Part shown: positions 1 to 9,730 of the stretch, piece by piece
Layout of the letters: every line of letters starts with the position of its first letter
How positions within the stretch are numbered: position 1 is the stretch's first letter
Assembly (NCBI GenBank): GCA_049970495.1
Contig: JBMFMV010000005.1
Location: forward strand, 1 to 59,804
DNA from: a bacterium
GTDB taxonomy: Bacteria > DUMJ01
DNA: 59,804 nucleotides
Direction of reading: 5' to 3'
Position numbers and translations under genes: made by a program
Notes under the pieces: model-generated
Databases searched by the model: none
What the model saw: only the letters and a program-made list of their open reading frames with translations
What the model was told of the DNA's origin: nothing

Positions 1-79
1 CAACCCCCAGTGGCGGATATTTTAGACCAAGTCTATGATAATAACTTGCCATTGGCGGATTCACTAAGAGTATCTTCAT
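1..79 (-). CDS. 5' end of a probable B12-binding radical SAM protein (runs off the window; not in the ORF track)
   Basis: Manual translation gives MKILLVNPPMASYYHRLGLKYPPLGV, the typical 'ILLVNPP...PPLG' N-terminus of cobalamin-binding radical SAM proteins. Its ATG overlaps the rfbD stop (ATGA). Confidence 0.7.
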   Translation of the reverse strand, partial: MKILLVNPPMASYYHRLGLKYPPLGV

Positions 80-918
80 ATATCTTCCCCCCTTAAAAAT
101 TCTTCCATCGCTGATTCCCAGTCTCTAGCATAAAAGACTCCTTCCAATTCTAAGAGATAATTTTCTAATGGAGTGTATCTAGGTCTTTTTGCTAATGTGT
201 GGTAGTCCTCACTTTTTACCGGAAGGACCTCTACATTTAGCCCTAGATTTTTTACTATAAATTTAGCCTCTTCAAATCTAGACACTATCCCTTTATTTGC
301 ACAGTGATATATACCATATGCTCCTTCTTTTACAATATTTAACAATGCTTTGGCAACATCGTAGGTATAAGTTGGAGAGCCAATTTGGTCATCTACAACT
401 TTAAGGACAGTATCTTTTTTAGCTCTTTCTATTATCTTTCTTACAAAATTGTTTCCGTCACCATAGAGCCAGCTTGTTCTTACTATAGTGTATCTCTTTG
501 AAAATCTTTCTACAAAATGCTCCCCTTCTAGTTTGCTCTTACCATAAGTATTTATAGGATTGGTATTATCAAACTCAATGTATGGGGTGTCTTTCTCTCC
601 ATCGAATACATAGTCAGTACTTATATGTATAAGATGTATGTTGTACTTTTCAGAAGTTATTGCTAGATTTTTAGGTCCCAAGGCATTGACCCTATATGCC
701 TTATCCTTTTCCTCCTCACACTTATCTACATCTGTAAAAGCAGAGCAATTTATAACTATCTCAGGCAGATAAGCCCTTATGATATCTTCTACCGCCTGCC
801 TATTAGTGATGTCTAACCTAGAGTGCGGTATAGGGTAGACGTCAGCACCATTTTTGAAAAAAAACTCTACCACTGCTTTACCTAATTGACCAGAAGACCC
901 AGTTATTAATACCCTCAA
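76..918 (-). CDS. rfbD: dTDP-4-dehydrorhamnose reductase
   Basis: ITGSSGQLG, HISTDYVFDG, YGKSKLEGE and DDQIGSPTY motifs. Confidence 0.95.
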   Translation of the reverse strand: MRVLITGSSGQLGKAVVEFFFKNGADVYPIPHSRLDITNRQAVEDIIRAYLPEIVINCSAFTDVDKCEEEKDKAYRVNALGPKNLAITSEKYNIHLIHISTDYVFDGEKDTPYIEFDNTNPINTYGKSKLEGEHFVERFSKRYTIVRTSWLYGDGNNFVRKIIERAKKDTVLKVVDDQIGSPTYTYDVAKALLNIVKEGAYGIYHCANKGIVSRFEEAKFIVKNLGLNVEVLPVKSEDYHTLAKRPRYTPLENYLLELEGVFYARDWESAMEEFLRGEDI

Positions 919-1964
919 TTATCTATGACCTCTCTAGGGATTCTACAGTATACCCCGTCAACTATATAACTCTCTTTTAATACCCTTGTATTATCACCAA
1001 TTACAGACCTAATTATTGTAGCTGATTCTTCGATATGGACATTATTCCAGATGATAGAACCCTCTATTCTTGAACCTTTTTCTATCTTTACAGAGTCTCC
1101 TATGAATGAAGGACCTACTATAGTTACCTCTTCTTTAAGCTCTACCCCGTTACCAATAAAAACGCTACCAAAGAATTTTGCCTTATCCACATAAGTTCCG
1201 AGCCCTATCCTTACGTTGTCTGTGAACAGCTCTCCATAATGGGGAATCTGTAATTTACCATCACCTATATCATTGTGGACTTTCTTATAATCAACTATAC
1301 TACCTATGTCCATCCAGTAGCCACTAGATAAATAACCATATAGAGGTGCCTGCTTTTCCATAAGAGCAGGGAAGAGTTGTTTACCAAAATCATAAAAAAT
1401 CCCTTGTGGAATTTCTTTTAGAACTTCTTTTTCTAATACATATATCCCCGCATTAACAATAGGGCTGAATACTTTATCTCTCGATGGCTTTTCTAAAAAT
1501 TTCTGTATCTTACCGTCACTATTTAATGAGACAACTCCATACTTTGTTGGGTCATCTACTATAGTAACGGCAAGTGTAACTAAGGCATTTTTCTTTTGGT
1601 GAAAGGCTATCATCTCTCTAATGTTTATGTCAGTTGCAATATCTCCGCTTATAACGACAAAGGTATCTGGAAGTAGGTCTTCAACCCTTTTTACTCCACC
1701 AGCTGTGCCTAACAGAACTTCTTCTTCTGAGTATGTTATATTTACTCCAAAATCTCTGCCGTCACCTAAAGCTTCTTTTATCTTTTCTTTTTTATAGTGT
1801 AGGTTTATTATAATATCTGTAATACCATTAGTCTTTAGAAGAGATATAATCCTAGTAATTATAGGTCTATTGCCTAATGGAACTAAGGGCTTTGGTCTTA
1901 TATAGGTGAGAGGACGAAGTCTAGTCCCTTCACCTGCCGCCATAATAAATGCCTTCATCCTCAT
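915..1964 (-). CDS. NDP-sugar synthase / mannose-1-phosphate guanylyltransferase-like nucleotidyltransferase
   Basis: MAAGEGTRLRPLT..PKPL, GTAGG, FLEKP and WMDIG motifs; C-terminal hexapeptide-repeat region. Confidence 0.9.
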   Translation of the reverse strand: MRMKAFIMAAGEGTRLRPLTYIRPKPLVPLGNRPIITRIISLLKTNGITDIIINLHYKKEKIKEALGDGRDFGVNITYSEEEVLLGTAGGVKRVEDLLPDTFVVISGDIATDINIREMIAFHQKKNALVTLAVTIVDDPTKYGVVSLNSDGKIQKFLEKPSRDKVFSPIVNAGIYVLEKEVLKEIPQGIFYDFGKQLFPALMEKQAPLYGYLSSGYWMDIGSIVDYKKVHNDIGDGKLQIPHYGELFTDNVRIGLGTYVDKAKFFGSVFIGNGVELKEEVTIVGPSFIGDSVKIEKGSRIEGSIIWNNVHIEESATIIRSVIGDNTRVLKESYIVDGVYCRIPREVIDN

Positions 1965-3061
1965 CTCTCCAATATATCAGGCCTTCTATATATTGTTCCT
2001 TCCACCTCTACGTCTATCATTGGCCAATCAAAGGTTGGGGTTATTATCTCCGAAGACTCTTCACCAACTAGGATTGTGTCTTCAGACTTAGTTCCAGTTA
2101 TAGAAGGATTCCAAGCGATTGGTTGCCACTTACTTACAGAACCTTGAGTCTTTGGATTTACTGTAAACTCTCTACTCTGATAACCAGTAGGTCCACCCTG
2201 ATGATGTTTTTTCCACTCTTCAGGGTATCCAACTTCTCCATATGTCTTTATGGCTTTTTCTAGTATATCGCTCCATTTATTACCCACCTTTGTGTTGTGT
2301 ATAAGGACGGAGTCCACCTTTACTACCGCATTGTGCTTCTTCTTTAATTCTATATCCACCTTTCCAAAGTGTACCAGCCTAGTAATCGCTACTTGTATTC
2401 CGTCTTTCATTGCGCATATGACCACCATAGCATAACGAGATACTTTATTTTCTGTAGGGATAGGATGTCTAAAACTAGAGACCCTCTCATCACCAGCTAC
2501 TAAAAGTACGCTAGGATACATTCCTTTAGAAAGGAGGCTCTCTGCCATCATACCCGATATCTCTAGCTCTGTCTGTCCCGGCTTTATCAATTTACAGACC
2601 TCTTCCATACATAGACTAGCAGACTTACCAAGTGATTTTATCCTTTCAATCTCTTCTTCTACTAGTGGATATCTAAGTGGATACAAATTAACTACTCTTG
2701 CATTGCCAAAGGACGCATCAGTAATAAAGTTACCTCCAGTGATCTTTTCAACTATATTTAATTTTTCATCCGGGTCATGCCAGGGAAAGACGACAAACTC
2801 ATAATGTCCTAAAGCACCAACTTCTTCTTTTTCTATCCTCGGAGCCTCTATTGAATTGGCTATAATATATGAATTGTTCTTGGTTATAAGTAGGCTTGTT
2901 GGTCCTAACTCGGTGATAAGACCAACGTGGTTATATCTTCCGCCTGTTGCCCATGAAAAGTTATACTTTAAATTTATAAGAAGCCCATTAGAATTATTTT
3001 CTTCAAGAAATCTCCTTACTCTTTCTTCTTTTATCCTTATCTCTCTATTACTTCCTCTCAT
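1961..3061 (-). CDS. M24 (pita-bread fold) peptidase/creatinase-like protein
   Basis: PGQTELEI, HHQGG..GY..RE, AWNPS and KSEDT motifs; the canonical metal-binding Asp residues appear to be replaced. Confidence 0.8.
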   Translation of the reverse strand: MRGSNREIRIKEERVRRFLEENNSNGLLINLKYNFSWATGGRYNHVGLITELGPTSLLITKNNSYIIANSIEAPRIEKEEVGALGHYEFVVFPWHDPDEKLNIVEKITGGNFITDASFGNARVVNLYPLRYPLVEEEIERIKSLGKSASLCMEEVCKLIKPGQTELEISGMMAESLLSKGMYPSVLLVAGDERVSSFRHPIPTENKVSRYAMVVICAMKDGIQVAITRLVHFGKVDIELKKKHNAVVKVDSVLIHNTKVGNKWSDILEKAIKTYGEVGYPEEWKKHHQGGPTGYQSREFTVNPKTQGSVSKWQPIAWNPSITGTKSEDTILVGEESSEIITPTFDWPMIDVEVEGTIYRRPDILER

Positions 3062-3072
3062 CTTTTTCCTCC

Positions 3073-3543
3073 TTATTTAGAATGCTTATCAGCGACTTTA
3101 CTAGCCCCAAACGATTCTGGTTTTATCTTTGCAGAATATCCACTTGATGTAATCATTCCTACCACCTCTTTTATTAGCTGTCTTGTCTCTCCTTTTGTCC
3201 CTATGTCAACGTGTATCTCAATAGGAAGCTCAGATACTCCATTTTTAGCTAACTGAGAAGTTATCAAACTTGCAGTCTCTAGGCTTAAAGTAGCCTCATA
3301 AAATATTCTCTGTCTTAGAGATTTTATATGTTTGTTTGTGATTTTTCTATAAAAGTATCTACCGCCACTACCTATCCTATGAATGATTACAGCAGTAACA
3401 AAATAGACTTCTTCTCCGGGAAGTGAATCTGTACCAACTATAAGGTGATAAGGATTCTTAGGTTCCTCCCGAATGAACGATATAATTTCTCTAAACATCT
3501 CATCAAAAGTAAGTCTTCCCTTTGTAGGGCTTATAAATTCCAT
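3073..3543 (-). CDS. Ribonuclease H-like YkuK family protein
   Basis: IVGTDS, GGRYFY, EIHVDIG, KP.SFGASKVADKHSK. Start moved to the ATG at 3543 because upstream sequence is a terminator/promoter. Confidence 0.88.
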   Translation of the reverse strand: MEFISPTKGRLTFDEMFREIISFIREEPKNPYHLIVGTDSLPGEEVYFVTAVIIHRIGSGGRYFYRKITNKHIKSLRQRIFYEATLSLETASLITSQLAKNGVSELPIEIHVDIGTKGETRQLIKEVVGMITSSGYSAKIKPESFGASKVADKHSK

Positions 3544-3549
3544 AGTTCT

Positions 3550-3558
3550 ATTATAGCA
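3550..3558 (-). promoter_or_regulatory. Extended -10 promoter (TGCTATAAT) 6 nt before the ykuK-like ATG; likely leaderless transcript
   Basis: Minus strand reads TGCTATAATAGAACTATG with no SD sequence. Confidence 0.6.
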
Positions 3559-3597
3559 TAAGACAAGGAGAGACAATATATGCCTCCCCTTGTCTTA
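3559..3597 (-). terminator. Stem-loop after HU gene
   Basis: TAAGACAAGGGGAGGCA-TATAT-TGTCTCTCCTTGTCTTA; 17 bp stem including G-U pairs. Confidence 0.7.
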
Positions 3598-3605
3598 ATA
3601 GATTA

Positions 3606-3887
3606 TTACTTTACTGCTTCTCTTAGCTCTTTCCCAGGCCTAAATACTGGTACAGATTTGGCTGGAATGTTTATAGGCTTTCTTGTTCTGGGATTGATCC
3701 CCTTCCTTGCTGCTCTCTTTCTTACTTCGAAACTTCCAAATCCAATAAGCTGAACCTTTTCACCCTTCTTTAGGGCTTCAGCTATAGCATCTAGTGTTTG
3801 GTCTATAACCTGAGCAGTAAGCTTCTTGGTCTGTCCCACCTTCTGGGCAACTACATCCACTAGATCAGCTTTTGTCATCTTACTCAC
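3606..3887 (-). CDS. hup: DNA-binding protein HU
   Basis: VQLIGFGSFEVRKRAARKGINPRT...VPVFRPGKELRE signature. Confidence 0.96.
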   Translation of the reverse strand: MSKMTKADLVDVVAQKVGQTKKLTAQVIDQTLDAIAEALKKGEKVQLIGFGSFEVRKRAARKGINPRTRKPINIPAKSVPVFRPGKELREAVK

Positions 3888-3920
3888 CCCCTTTCATCTC
3901 TAATAATTCTCTACTATTCC

Positions 3921-3949
3921 TTATTACCACTAAATTTGTATTTTGTCAA
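3921..3949 (-). promoter_or_regulatory. sigma70 promoter of hup
   Basis: TTGACA-17 nt-(TGG)TAATAA on the minus strand. Confidence 0.55.
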
Positions 3950-4083
3950 TAGGTTAACCCCAATTATAACTGATTTTTTACGAAATTGCTAGGGATTTTC
4001 GTAGGGGGTGAATAAGTTTATCTATCTATTTCTCTATATCTTATGGTATTACCGTCACAACTGCATAGTAAGAGATTTATACC

Positions 4084-5142
4084 CTATTTTGACATTACTC
4101 CAAATCTATATATTGTTGTAGATGTAAATATTTCTCCGGGTCTTAGTATGGTGTTTGGAAAATTGGGGTGATTTGGAGAGTCGGGGCAGTGTTGTGTCTC
4201 AAGACATAATCCTGAATATCTGGTATAGAACTTTCCACCTTTTCCTTTTATATTTAGCCAATTCCCTGTATATAAGACTATCGCTGGTTCTGTTGTATAT
4301 ATCTCCATCTCTCTTCCACTACTATATTCTCTCAGTCTTCCTGCAAAGGCTAATTCACCTTCTTTTTTGTTTATTAGGAAGTTATGGTCATATCCACCAA
4401 ATGGATAATCCTTATACTGTTCTATCCTTTCTCCTATCTTTCTAGGTTCTGTAAAGTCGATTCCTGTTCCTTTTACTGGTGATATCTCCCCTGTAGGAAT
4501 TAGGTTTTCATCTGCAGGAGTATAGTAATCGGCATTAAGCAGAAGCTCATGCTCTAAGATTGTTCCTGAACCTTCCCCTACAAGATTAAAATATGTATGA
4601 TTAGTTAGGTTAAGTATGGTAGGCTTGTCAGTAGTAGCAACATAATCTATCTTAAGCTCGTTCTTGTTTGTAAGTGTGTAAGTTACAGTTACATCTAAGT
4701 TACCTGGATAACCTTCTTCACCGTCATGGCTTAAGTATTTCATCCTAAGACTAGGACCATAGGGGGTCTTCATTGGTATTGCTTTAAAGACTACATCCCT
4801 AAAACTCTTGAATCCACCGTGAAGATGGTTAGGTTTCCCTGGCTCGTTTAGAGCTAGCTGATAAGTTATACCGTCAATGGTAAACCTCCCTTTAGCTATA
4901 CGATTACCATAACGTCCAACAATACATCCAAGGTATGGAGTATTATTTTCATATTCACCTATAGTATCGAATCCGAGGACTATATCTGCCAATTCTCCAT
5001 TTTTATCAGGTACCCATAGTTCAGTTATGGTACAGCCATAGGGGATGACCTTCATCATAAGTCCATTGTCATTTATTAAAGAATACTGATAGATGGAAAT
5101 CCCATCTTTTGTCAAACCATAAAGTGTCCTTTCAATTTCCAT
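4084..5142 (-). CDS. galM: Aldose 1-epimerase (galactose mutarotase)
   Basis: GRYGNRIA, HLHGG, GYPGNL, NLTNHTYFNL, GYDHNF and CLETQ motifs. Confidence 0.95.
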   Translation of the reverse strand: MEIERTLYGLTKDGISIYQYSLINDNGLMMKVIPYGCTITELWVPDKNGELADIVLGFDTIGEYENNTPYLGCIVGRYGNRIAKGRFTIDGITYQLALNEPGKPNHLHGGFKSFRDVVFKAIPMKTPYGPSLRMKYLSHDGEEGYPGNLDVTVTYTLTNKNELKIDYVATTDKPTILNLTNHTYFNLVGEGSGTILEHELLLNADYYTPADENLIPTGEISPVKGTGIDFTEPRKIGERIEQYKDYPFGGYDHNFLINKKEGELAFAGRLREYSSGREMEIYTTEPAIVLYTGNWLNIKGKGGKFYTRYSGLCLETQHCPDSPNHPNFPNTILRPGEIFTSTTIYRFGVMSK

Positions 5143-5233
5143 GAAAACTATCCCTCCTCTTTATCTTATTATTGTCTTTAATATTATCACATATTTAGGT
5201 TTATTAGTGTATAATATTTCTGTCACTTTAGAT

Positions 5234-5259
5234 GGAATATTTTCATGTTTTGATACGTC
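5234..5259 (+). promoter_or_regulatory. Putative ECF-sigma autoregulatory promoter
   Basis: GGAATA-16 nt-CGTC, about 40 nt upstream of the sigma ATG; matches the ECF -35 (GGAAy) / -10 (CGT) pattern. Confidence 0.55.
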
Positions 5260-5300
5260 ATTTAAGTCAGAGGTCAGACAAAAGGCAGGTTATATTAGAT

Positions 5301-5882
5301 ATGGAAGAAAAGGAAGAGTTACTAATTGAGAGGGCCAAAAAAGGGGATGTATCGGCATTTAGCGAACTGATTAAAAGGTATGAGAGGTATGTATTAAACC
5401 TTGTCTATAGGACTCTAGGCAGAGCAGAAGATGCAGAGGATATAGCACAGGAGACTTTTGTAAAAGCTTATCTGAACATCAAGAAATTTAAAGGAGAGAG
5501 TAAGTTTTCTACATGGTTATCTAAGATAGCTATGAATTTATGTATGGATAAGATTAGAGAAAGGTCCAATAGAGAAGAAAATTTGGAAGAAGGGGTTTGG
5601 TTAACTATTCCTCAGGATAATTATTATAGTCCTGAAGAGACCGTAGAAAGATTAGAGATACAGGAAAAGATAAAGAATGCGGTATCGAGTTTACCTGAGG
5701 ACCTTAGAATGGTTTTTATACTTAGAGAGTTTGAAGACCTCTCTTATCAAGAGATAAGTGAGATATTGAACATACCTATGGGTACGGTAGAATCGAGATT
5801 GCATAGGGCAAGGATGAGACTTAAGTCACTTTTGAAAGACCTCAAAACCGTAGAGGAGGTAACAGAAAAAAGTGAGGTGTAG
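5301..5882 (+). CDS. ECF RNA polymerase sigma factor (SigW/RpoE-like)
   Basis: GD..AF.EL, DAEDIAQETF, FSTWL, LSYQEIS..L..P.GTVESRLHRAR; probable start is ATG 5301. Confidence 0.93.
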   Translation: MEEKEELLIERAKKGDVSAFSELIKRYERYVLNLVYRTLGRAEDAEDIAQETFVKAYLNIKKFKGESKFSTWLSKIAMNLCMDKIRERSNREENLEEGVWLTIPQDNYYSPEETVERLEIQEKIKNAVSSLPEDLRMVFILREFEDLSYQEISEILNIPMGTVESRLHRARMRLKSLLKDLKTVEEVTEKSEV

Positions 5883-6327
5883 CGAGGTAAAGAGATTACT
5901 TTCAGCATATTTTGATGGGGAGATCCCTACTGATAAGAGTATTAAAGTAAGGGAACATCTTAAAAGTTGTAAGAGTTGTGCTATAGAGCTTGAGAACATA
6001 GAAAAGATTCATAGATTGATGGGCGCTTTTCCAATCCTTGAGGTTGGTCCCTACTTTGAGTCTCAGATTATAGATAGGATAGAAAAGGAGAATAAGAGGA
6101 GAAAGTTTTCTTTTGGTTTAAAGTTAACAGCCGGGTTTGCCATTTGTGGACTAATATTCTTTTTAATGACCTTTAGATATCCCCCTAAGGAAGATATGAA
6201 TTTACAGCCAACCCCTGTTTTAAATACATACATACAAGAGTATATGGAGACTTACAATGGACACATAGGTAGGAATAATCCTGGTTTAATTGTATCTGTG
6301 AGCTCTCTAGGAGAGAACTCTAGATGA
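5872..6327 (+). CDS. Zinc-binding (zf-HC2/ZAS) transmembrane anti-sigma factor
   Basis: C...LSAYFDGE...HLKSCKSC motif, one TM helix, overlaps the sigma gene. Confidence 0.9.
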   Translation: MRCSEVKRLLSAYFDGEIPTDKSIKVREHLKSCKSCAIELENIEKIHRLMGAFPILEVGPYFESQIIDRIEKENKRRKFSFGLKLTAGFAICGLIFFLMTFRYPPKEDMNLQPTPVLNTYIQEYMETYNGHIGRNNPGLIVSVSSLGENSR

Positions 6328-7325
6328 AAAGATATCTGATACCCTTATCTCTTTTGATATTAGTATTATTGATAGTATTTTCGACCTTTGCTAACGAGAG
6401 AAGCCCTGTAGAGATTCTAAGTGATGCTTGGGATGCTGAGGGAAAGATAAGCTTTGTTGCTACCGAAACTAGTGGAATGTATATAAGGGGAAGACTTAAC
6501 GTTACCGTAAGTAAGGTCTTTGCTCTTGCTACAGGCAAATTCAGAAGGGAGTATTTATTTCCTTCATTCTTGGCTGGAGACCTATTAATAGACGATGGAC
6601 ATAGTAGTTACTACTATCAGCCTAATAAGGGCTTAGTGACTATAGGACCTTCTCTCTACGATCTACCTTATAGAGATATACATAGTAAACTATTAGAACT
6701 CATACTCAAAAATTATGATGTAAGTAGTCAGCCTGATAAGTTCCTAGGAAGAGATGTAACTAAGGTATATATATCACCAAAAAATAGTAAGAATGTCTTA
6801 CTTGTCTTTTGGATAGATAATCAGACTAATCTTATTCTTAAAAGGGAAAGGTACTCCTCTGATGGAAAACTTCAGGAGTATTCATTTTATACAGACATAG
6901 ATTTCAGTACTGTCACTAATGAGAGACTATTTGTGTGGGTAAAACCAGGGAGAGATTTTAGAATATTAGAGCGTAGGGAAAGATTTATTCCGTTAGAGAA
7001 GAGTAAAAGAAAGGATGTTATTTTAGTAAAACTTTCTCCTCTTCAGGAAAAGGGATATGAGTGCATAAGCATAAAGGAAGTTCCGGGTGGTATAGCTTAT
7101 CACTTTTCTGATGGAATCAACAATATTATGTTCTTTGACCTTCAGGATCTTCCCTCTATGCCTCCATCTGTTAGAAAGGTTACTACTGATGGGATAAGGT
7201 ATTCTTATTGGCAGTTCGATGGTATGAGTGGTTTTGCATGGAGTTATGATAGAAAGAACTTTTTAATAATAGGAGTTGTAGAGAGAGATATAATAGAAAA
7301 AATTATAAAAGGATTTAAATACTAG
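6324..7325 (+). CDS. RseB/MucB-like (LolA-fold) periplasmic sigma regulatory protein
   Basis: Signal peptide; RREY..P...G.L.IDDG, ILKNY, LGR and FWID..T.LILKRERY..DG pattern; position in the operon. Confidence 0.75.
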   Translation: MKRYLIPLSLLILVLLIVFSTFANERSPVEILSDAWDAEGKISFVATETSGMYIRGRLNVTVSKVFALATGKFRREYLFPSFLAGDLLIDDGHSSYYYQPNKGLVTIGPSLYDLPYRDIHSKLLELILKNYDVSSQPDKFLGRDVTKVYISPKNSKNVLLVFWIDNQTNLILKRERYSSDGKLQEYSFYTDIDFSTVTNERLFVWVKPGRDFRILERRERFIPLEKSKRKDVILVKLSPLQEKGYECISIKEVPGGIAYHFSDGINNIMFFDLQDLPSMPPSVRKVTTDGIRYSYWQFDGMSGFAWSYDRKNFLIIGVVERDIIEKIIKGFKY

Positions 7326-7337
7326 AGGAGGAATAAT

Positions 7338-8405
7338 ATGCGTAAGATAATAACATTTGCAGTAATTTTAGCTTTTTTAGGAGGAGTTGTTCTAGGGTAT
7401 CTAGGAAATAGTGTATTGAAAGTAGATACTGTGTTGGCTCAACAAAGCTATCTGACAGATACAGAAAATATCTATATGAATGTGGCAGAAAAAGTAGGAC
7501 CTAGTGTTGTAAATATAAGTACAGTAAGCATAGTTCAGTACTTCTTTCAAGCTGTGCCAACTGAAGGGGCTGGTTCAGGTGTGATAATAAGTAAAGATGG
7601 CTATATAATTACTAACAACCATGTAATAGAGGGAGCAAGAAGTATAAGAGTTACCCTAGGGGATGGAAAGACTTTAGAAGGAAAACTTATTGGTAGAGAT
7701 CCATTTACCGACCTAGCAGTGATAAAAGTAGATGCAGATAATCTACCGTATGCAAGACTAGCAGATTCAGATAAGCTCAGGGTAGGTCAGATTGCTATAG
7801 CTATAGGTAATCCTTTTGGGCTTGGTAAGACTGTGACTGCAGGTATAGTAAGTGCCTTGGATAGGAGTATTCAACCAGAACAAGGAACTCTCATAGAAAG
7901 ACTCATACAGACAGACGCTGCTATAAATCCTGGTAATAGTGGAGGGGCTTTGGTTAGTAGTAATGGAGAAGTTATAGGTATCAATACTGCTATATATCAG
8001 GGAGCGCAAGGTATAGGATTTGCTATCCCAAGCAATACTGCTAAGAGGATTGCAGATAATATAATAAAGAAAGGATACGCAAGTCATCCTTGGTTAGGAA
8101 TAGGAGGTGAGACTTTATCTAGAAGGATGGCTTATTACTACAATCTTCCTGTAGACTATGGGGTGATTGTAGGAGAGGTGGTTAAGTTTAGCCCTGCAGA
8201 TAAGGCTAGAATTCAGGTAGGTGATATAATAGTAGGAATAGATAATGAGAGGGTGGAAGATTGGAATACTCTGTTATTGAAGATTCTTAGGTCTAAAAAG
8301 AACCAGGTGATTTTGAATGTGATAAGAAAGAGTACTAAACTGGATATAAAGGTAGAATTAGAAGAGAGACCAAGACAATTTTCTACCACTGGAGATTATA
8401 TCTAA
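7338..8405 (+). CDS. htrA: HtrA/DegP-family serine protease with one PDZ domain
   Basis: GSGVII, TNNHVI, DLAVIK and QTDAAINPGNSGG catalytic triad motifs. Confidence 0.95.
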   Translation: MRKIITFAVILAFLGGVVLGYLGNSVLKVDTVLAQQSYLTDTENIYMNVAEKVGPSVVNISTVSIVQYFFQAVPTEGAGSGVIISKDGYIITNNHVIEGARSIRVTLGDGKTLEGKLIGRDPFTDLAVIKVDADNLPYARLADSDKLRVGQIAIAIGNPFGLGKTVTAGIVSALDRSIQPEQGTLIERLIQTDAAINPGNSGGALVSSNGEVIGINTAIYQGAQGIGFAIPSNTAKRIADNIIKKGYASHPWLGIGGETLSRRMAYYYNLPVDYGVIVGEVVKFSPADKARIQVGDIIVGIDNERVEDWNTLLLKILRSKKNQVILNVIRKSTKLDIKVELEERPRQFSTTGDYI

Positions 8406-9724
8406 TGAAAAGGATAGTAATCTTATTAACCTTCTTTTTCCTATTACCCGGATTGGTATCTGCAGAGGAGGTATGGACACTTAATAAGGCCCTTAGCACT
8501 ATTGATAATGCCCCTGAGTTAAAACTTCTTAAAGCTCAATTAGATGCTGCTGAGTCGAAGTTAAAACAGGCAGAATCTCTATTTACTACTCCAAGGCTCA
8601 GTAGTAATATGGGGTACACCAGGGGAGAAAGTACAACAGTTTCTGGAGTTACCACCACAATTGATCAACCCTCTGCTACATTGCTCTTAACTTATAATCT
8701 TAGAGAGGATTCTCCAGCTGGAGCATCGTTATTGAGTGCAAGGTTAAATTGCTATAGGGCTAAAAACAACTATATAAATGGTTTGAGAAATCTAAAACTT
8801 AAGATAACCAAACAATTTTTCGATGTCCTCTTTGCTCAGAGACAACTTGAAATAGCAGAGAGAAATCTTTCTCTAATAGGAGAACAGGTAAGGATAGCGC
8901 AGGCTCAGTTCTCTCGGAAGGTTATAACCGAAAATAGTTTTATGGATGCACAGTTGAACCTAAAGAGCGCTCAGATTTCTTATGAATCTGCAAAGAATAA
9001 TCTTAAGATTGCAATGCTTACATTTTTTAATACCCTAGGTATTCCATATAAGGATGTTATATTTAAAGAGGATATATCTTACTCTAAGATAGAGTTTTCT
9101 CTGGATGAGCTTATAAAGGATGCTCTCCAGAATAATCTAGATATAAAGAACGCTAGTTATAATTTGATAGAGGCGGAGAGAAATTATATAGATTCAACTA
9201 AATCTAGCATTACCTTGGGATTGAGTGGGACTTACTCGGTAAATGGACAGAGTCTCAAAATGAGTATAGATAATCAAAATTATCAGTTCAGTCTTTCTTA
9301 TTCGTTTCCTCTAAAGAGTGCTTCTAGTAGTTCTAAGCCAGATTGGAGTGTAGCCTTTACAGTGAGTGTCCCTATTATTGATGGTGGTAGTAAAAGTGAG
9401 AGTATAAAACAGGCTTCCCTTAGTCTGGATCAGGCTAGAATAAACTTGGAGAATACGAAAAAAAGTGTAGAATTAAGTGTAAGACAGTATTACAACACTG
9501 TTATGCAGGCTATGGCTAATATAGAAAAGGCTCAGCTTAACTTGCAGCAGAAAGAATTGTTGGTGAAGAATCAGGAGATAAGGCTTAACCTAGGCCTTAT
9601 CACCCAATTGGATTTGGAACTTGCTCAGCTTCAAAGAACTCAAGCTCAACTAGAGCTAGATAAGGCTATAGTCGATTATAATATAGCTTTAATGCAATTA
9701 GATATAATTTTGGGAAAGGAGTGA
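8405..9724 (+). CDS. TolC-family outer membrane protein
   Basis: Signal peptide, two-fold repeated long amphipathic helices, beta-strand segments and P..DGG motif. Confidence 0.85.
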   Translation: MKRIVILLTFFFLLPGLVSAEEVWTLNKALSTIDNAPELKLLKAQLDAAESKLKQAESLFTTPRLSSNMGYTRGESTTVSGVTTTIDQPSATLLLTYNLREDSPAGASLLSARLNCYRAKNNYINGLRNLKLKITKQFFDVLFAQRQLEIAERNLSLIGEQVRIAQAQFSRKVITENSFMDAQLNLKSAQISYESAKNNLKIAMLTFFNTLGIPYKDVIFKEDISYSKIEFSLDELIKDALQNNLDIKNASYNLIEAERNYIDSTKSSITLGLSGTYSVNGQSLKMSIDNQNYQFSLSYSFPLKSASSSSKPDWSVAFTVSVPIIDGGSKSESIKQASLSLDQARINLENTKKSVELSVRQYYNTVMQAMANIEKAQLNLQQKELLVKNQEIRLNLGLITQLDLELAQLQRTQAQLELDKAIVDYNIALMQLDIILGKE

Positions 9725-9730
9725 GACTAG

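Noticed and set aside
3974-4008. Hairpin TACGAAA...TTTCGTA between galM and hup as an sRNA
   Set aside because: Short and AT-rich with no supporting promoter or terminator; cannot be distinguished from a weak terminator or chance
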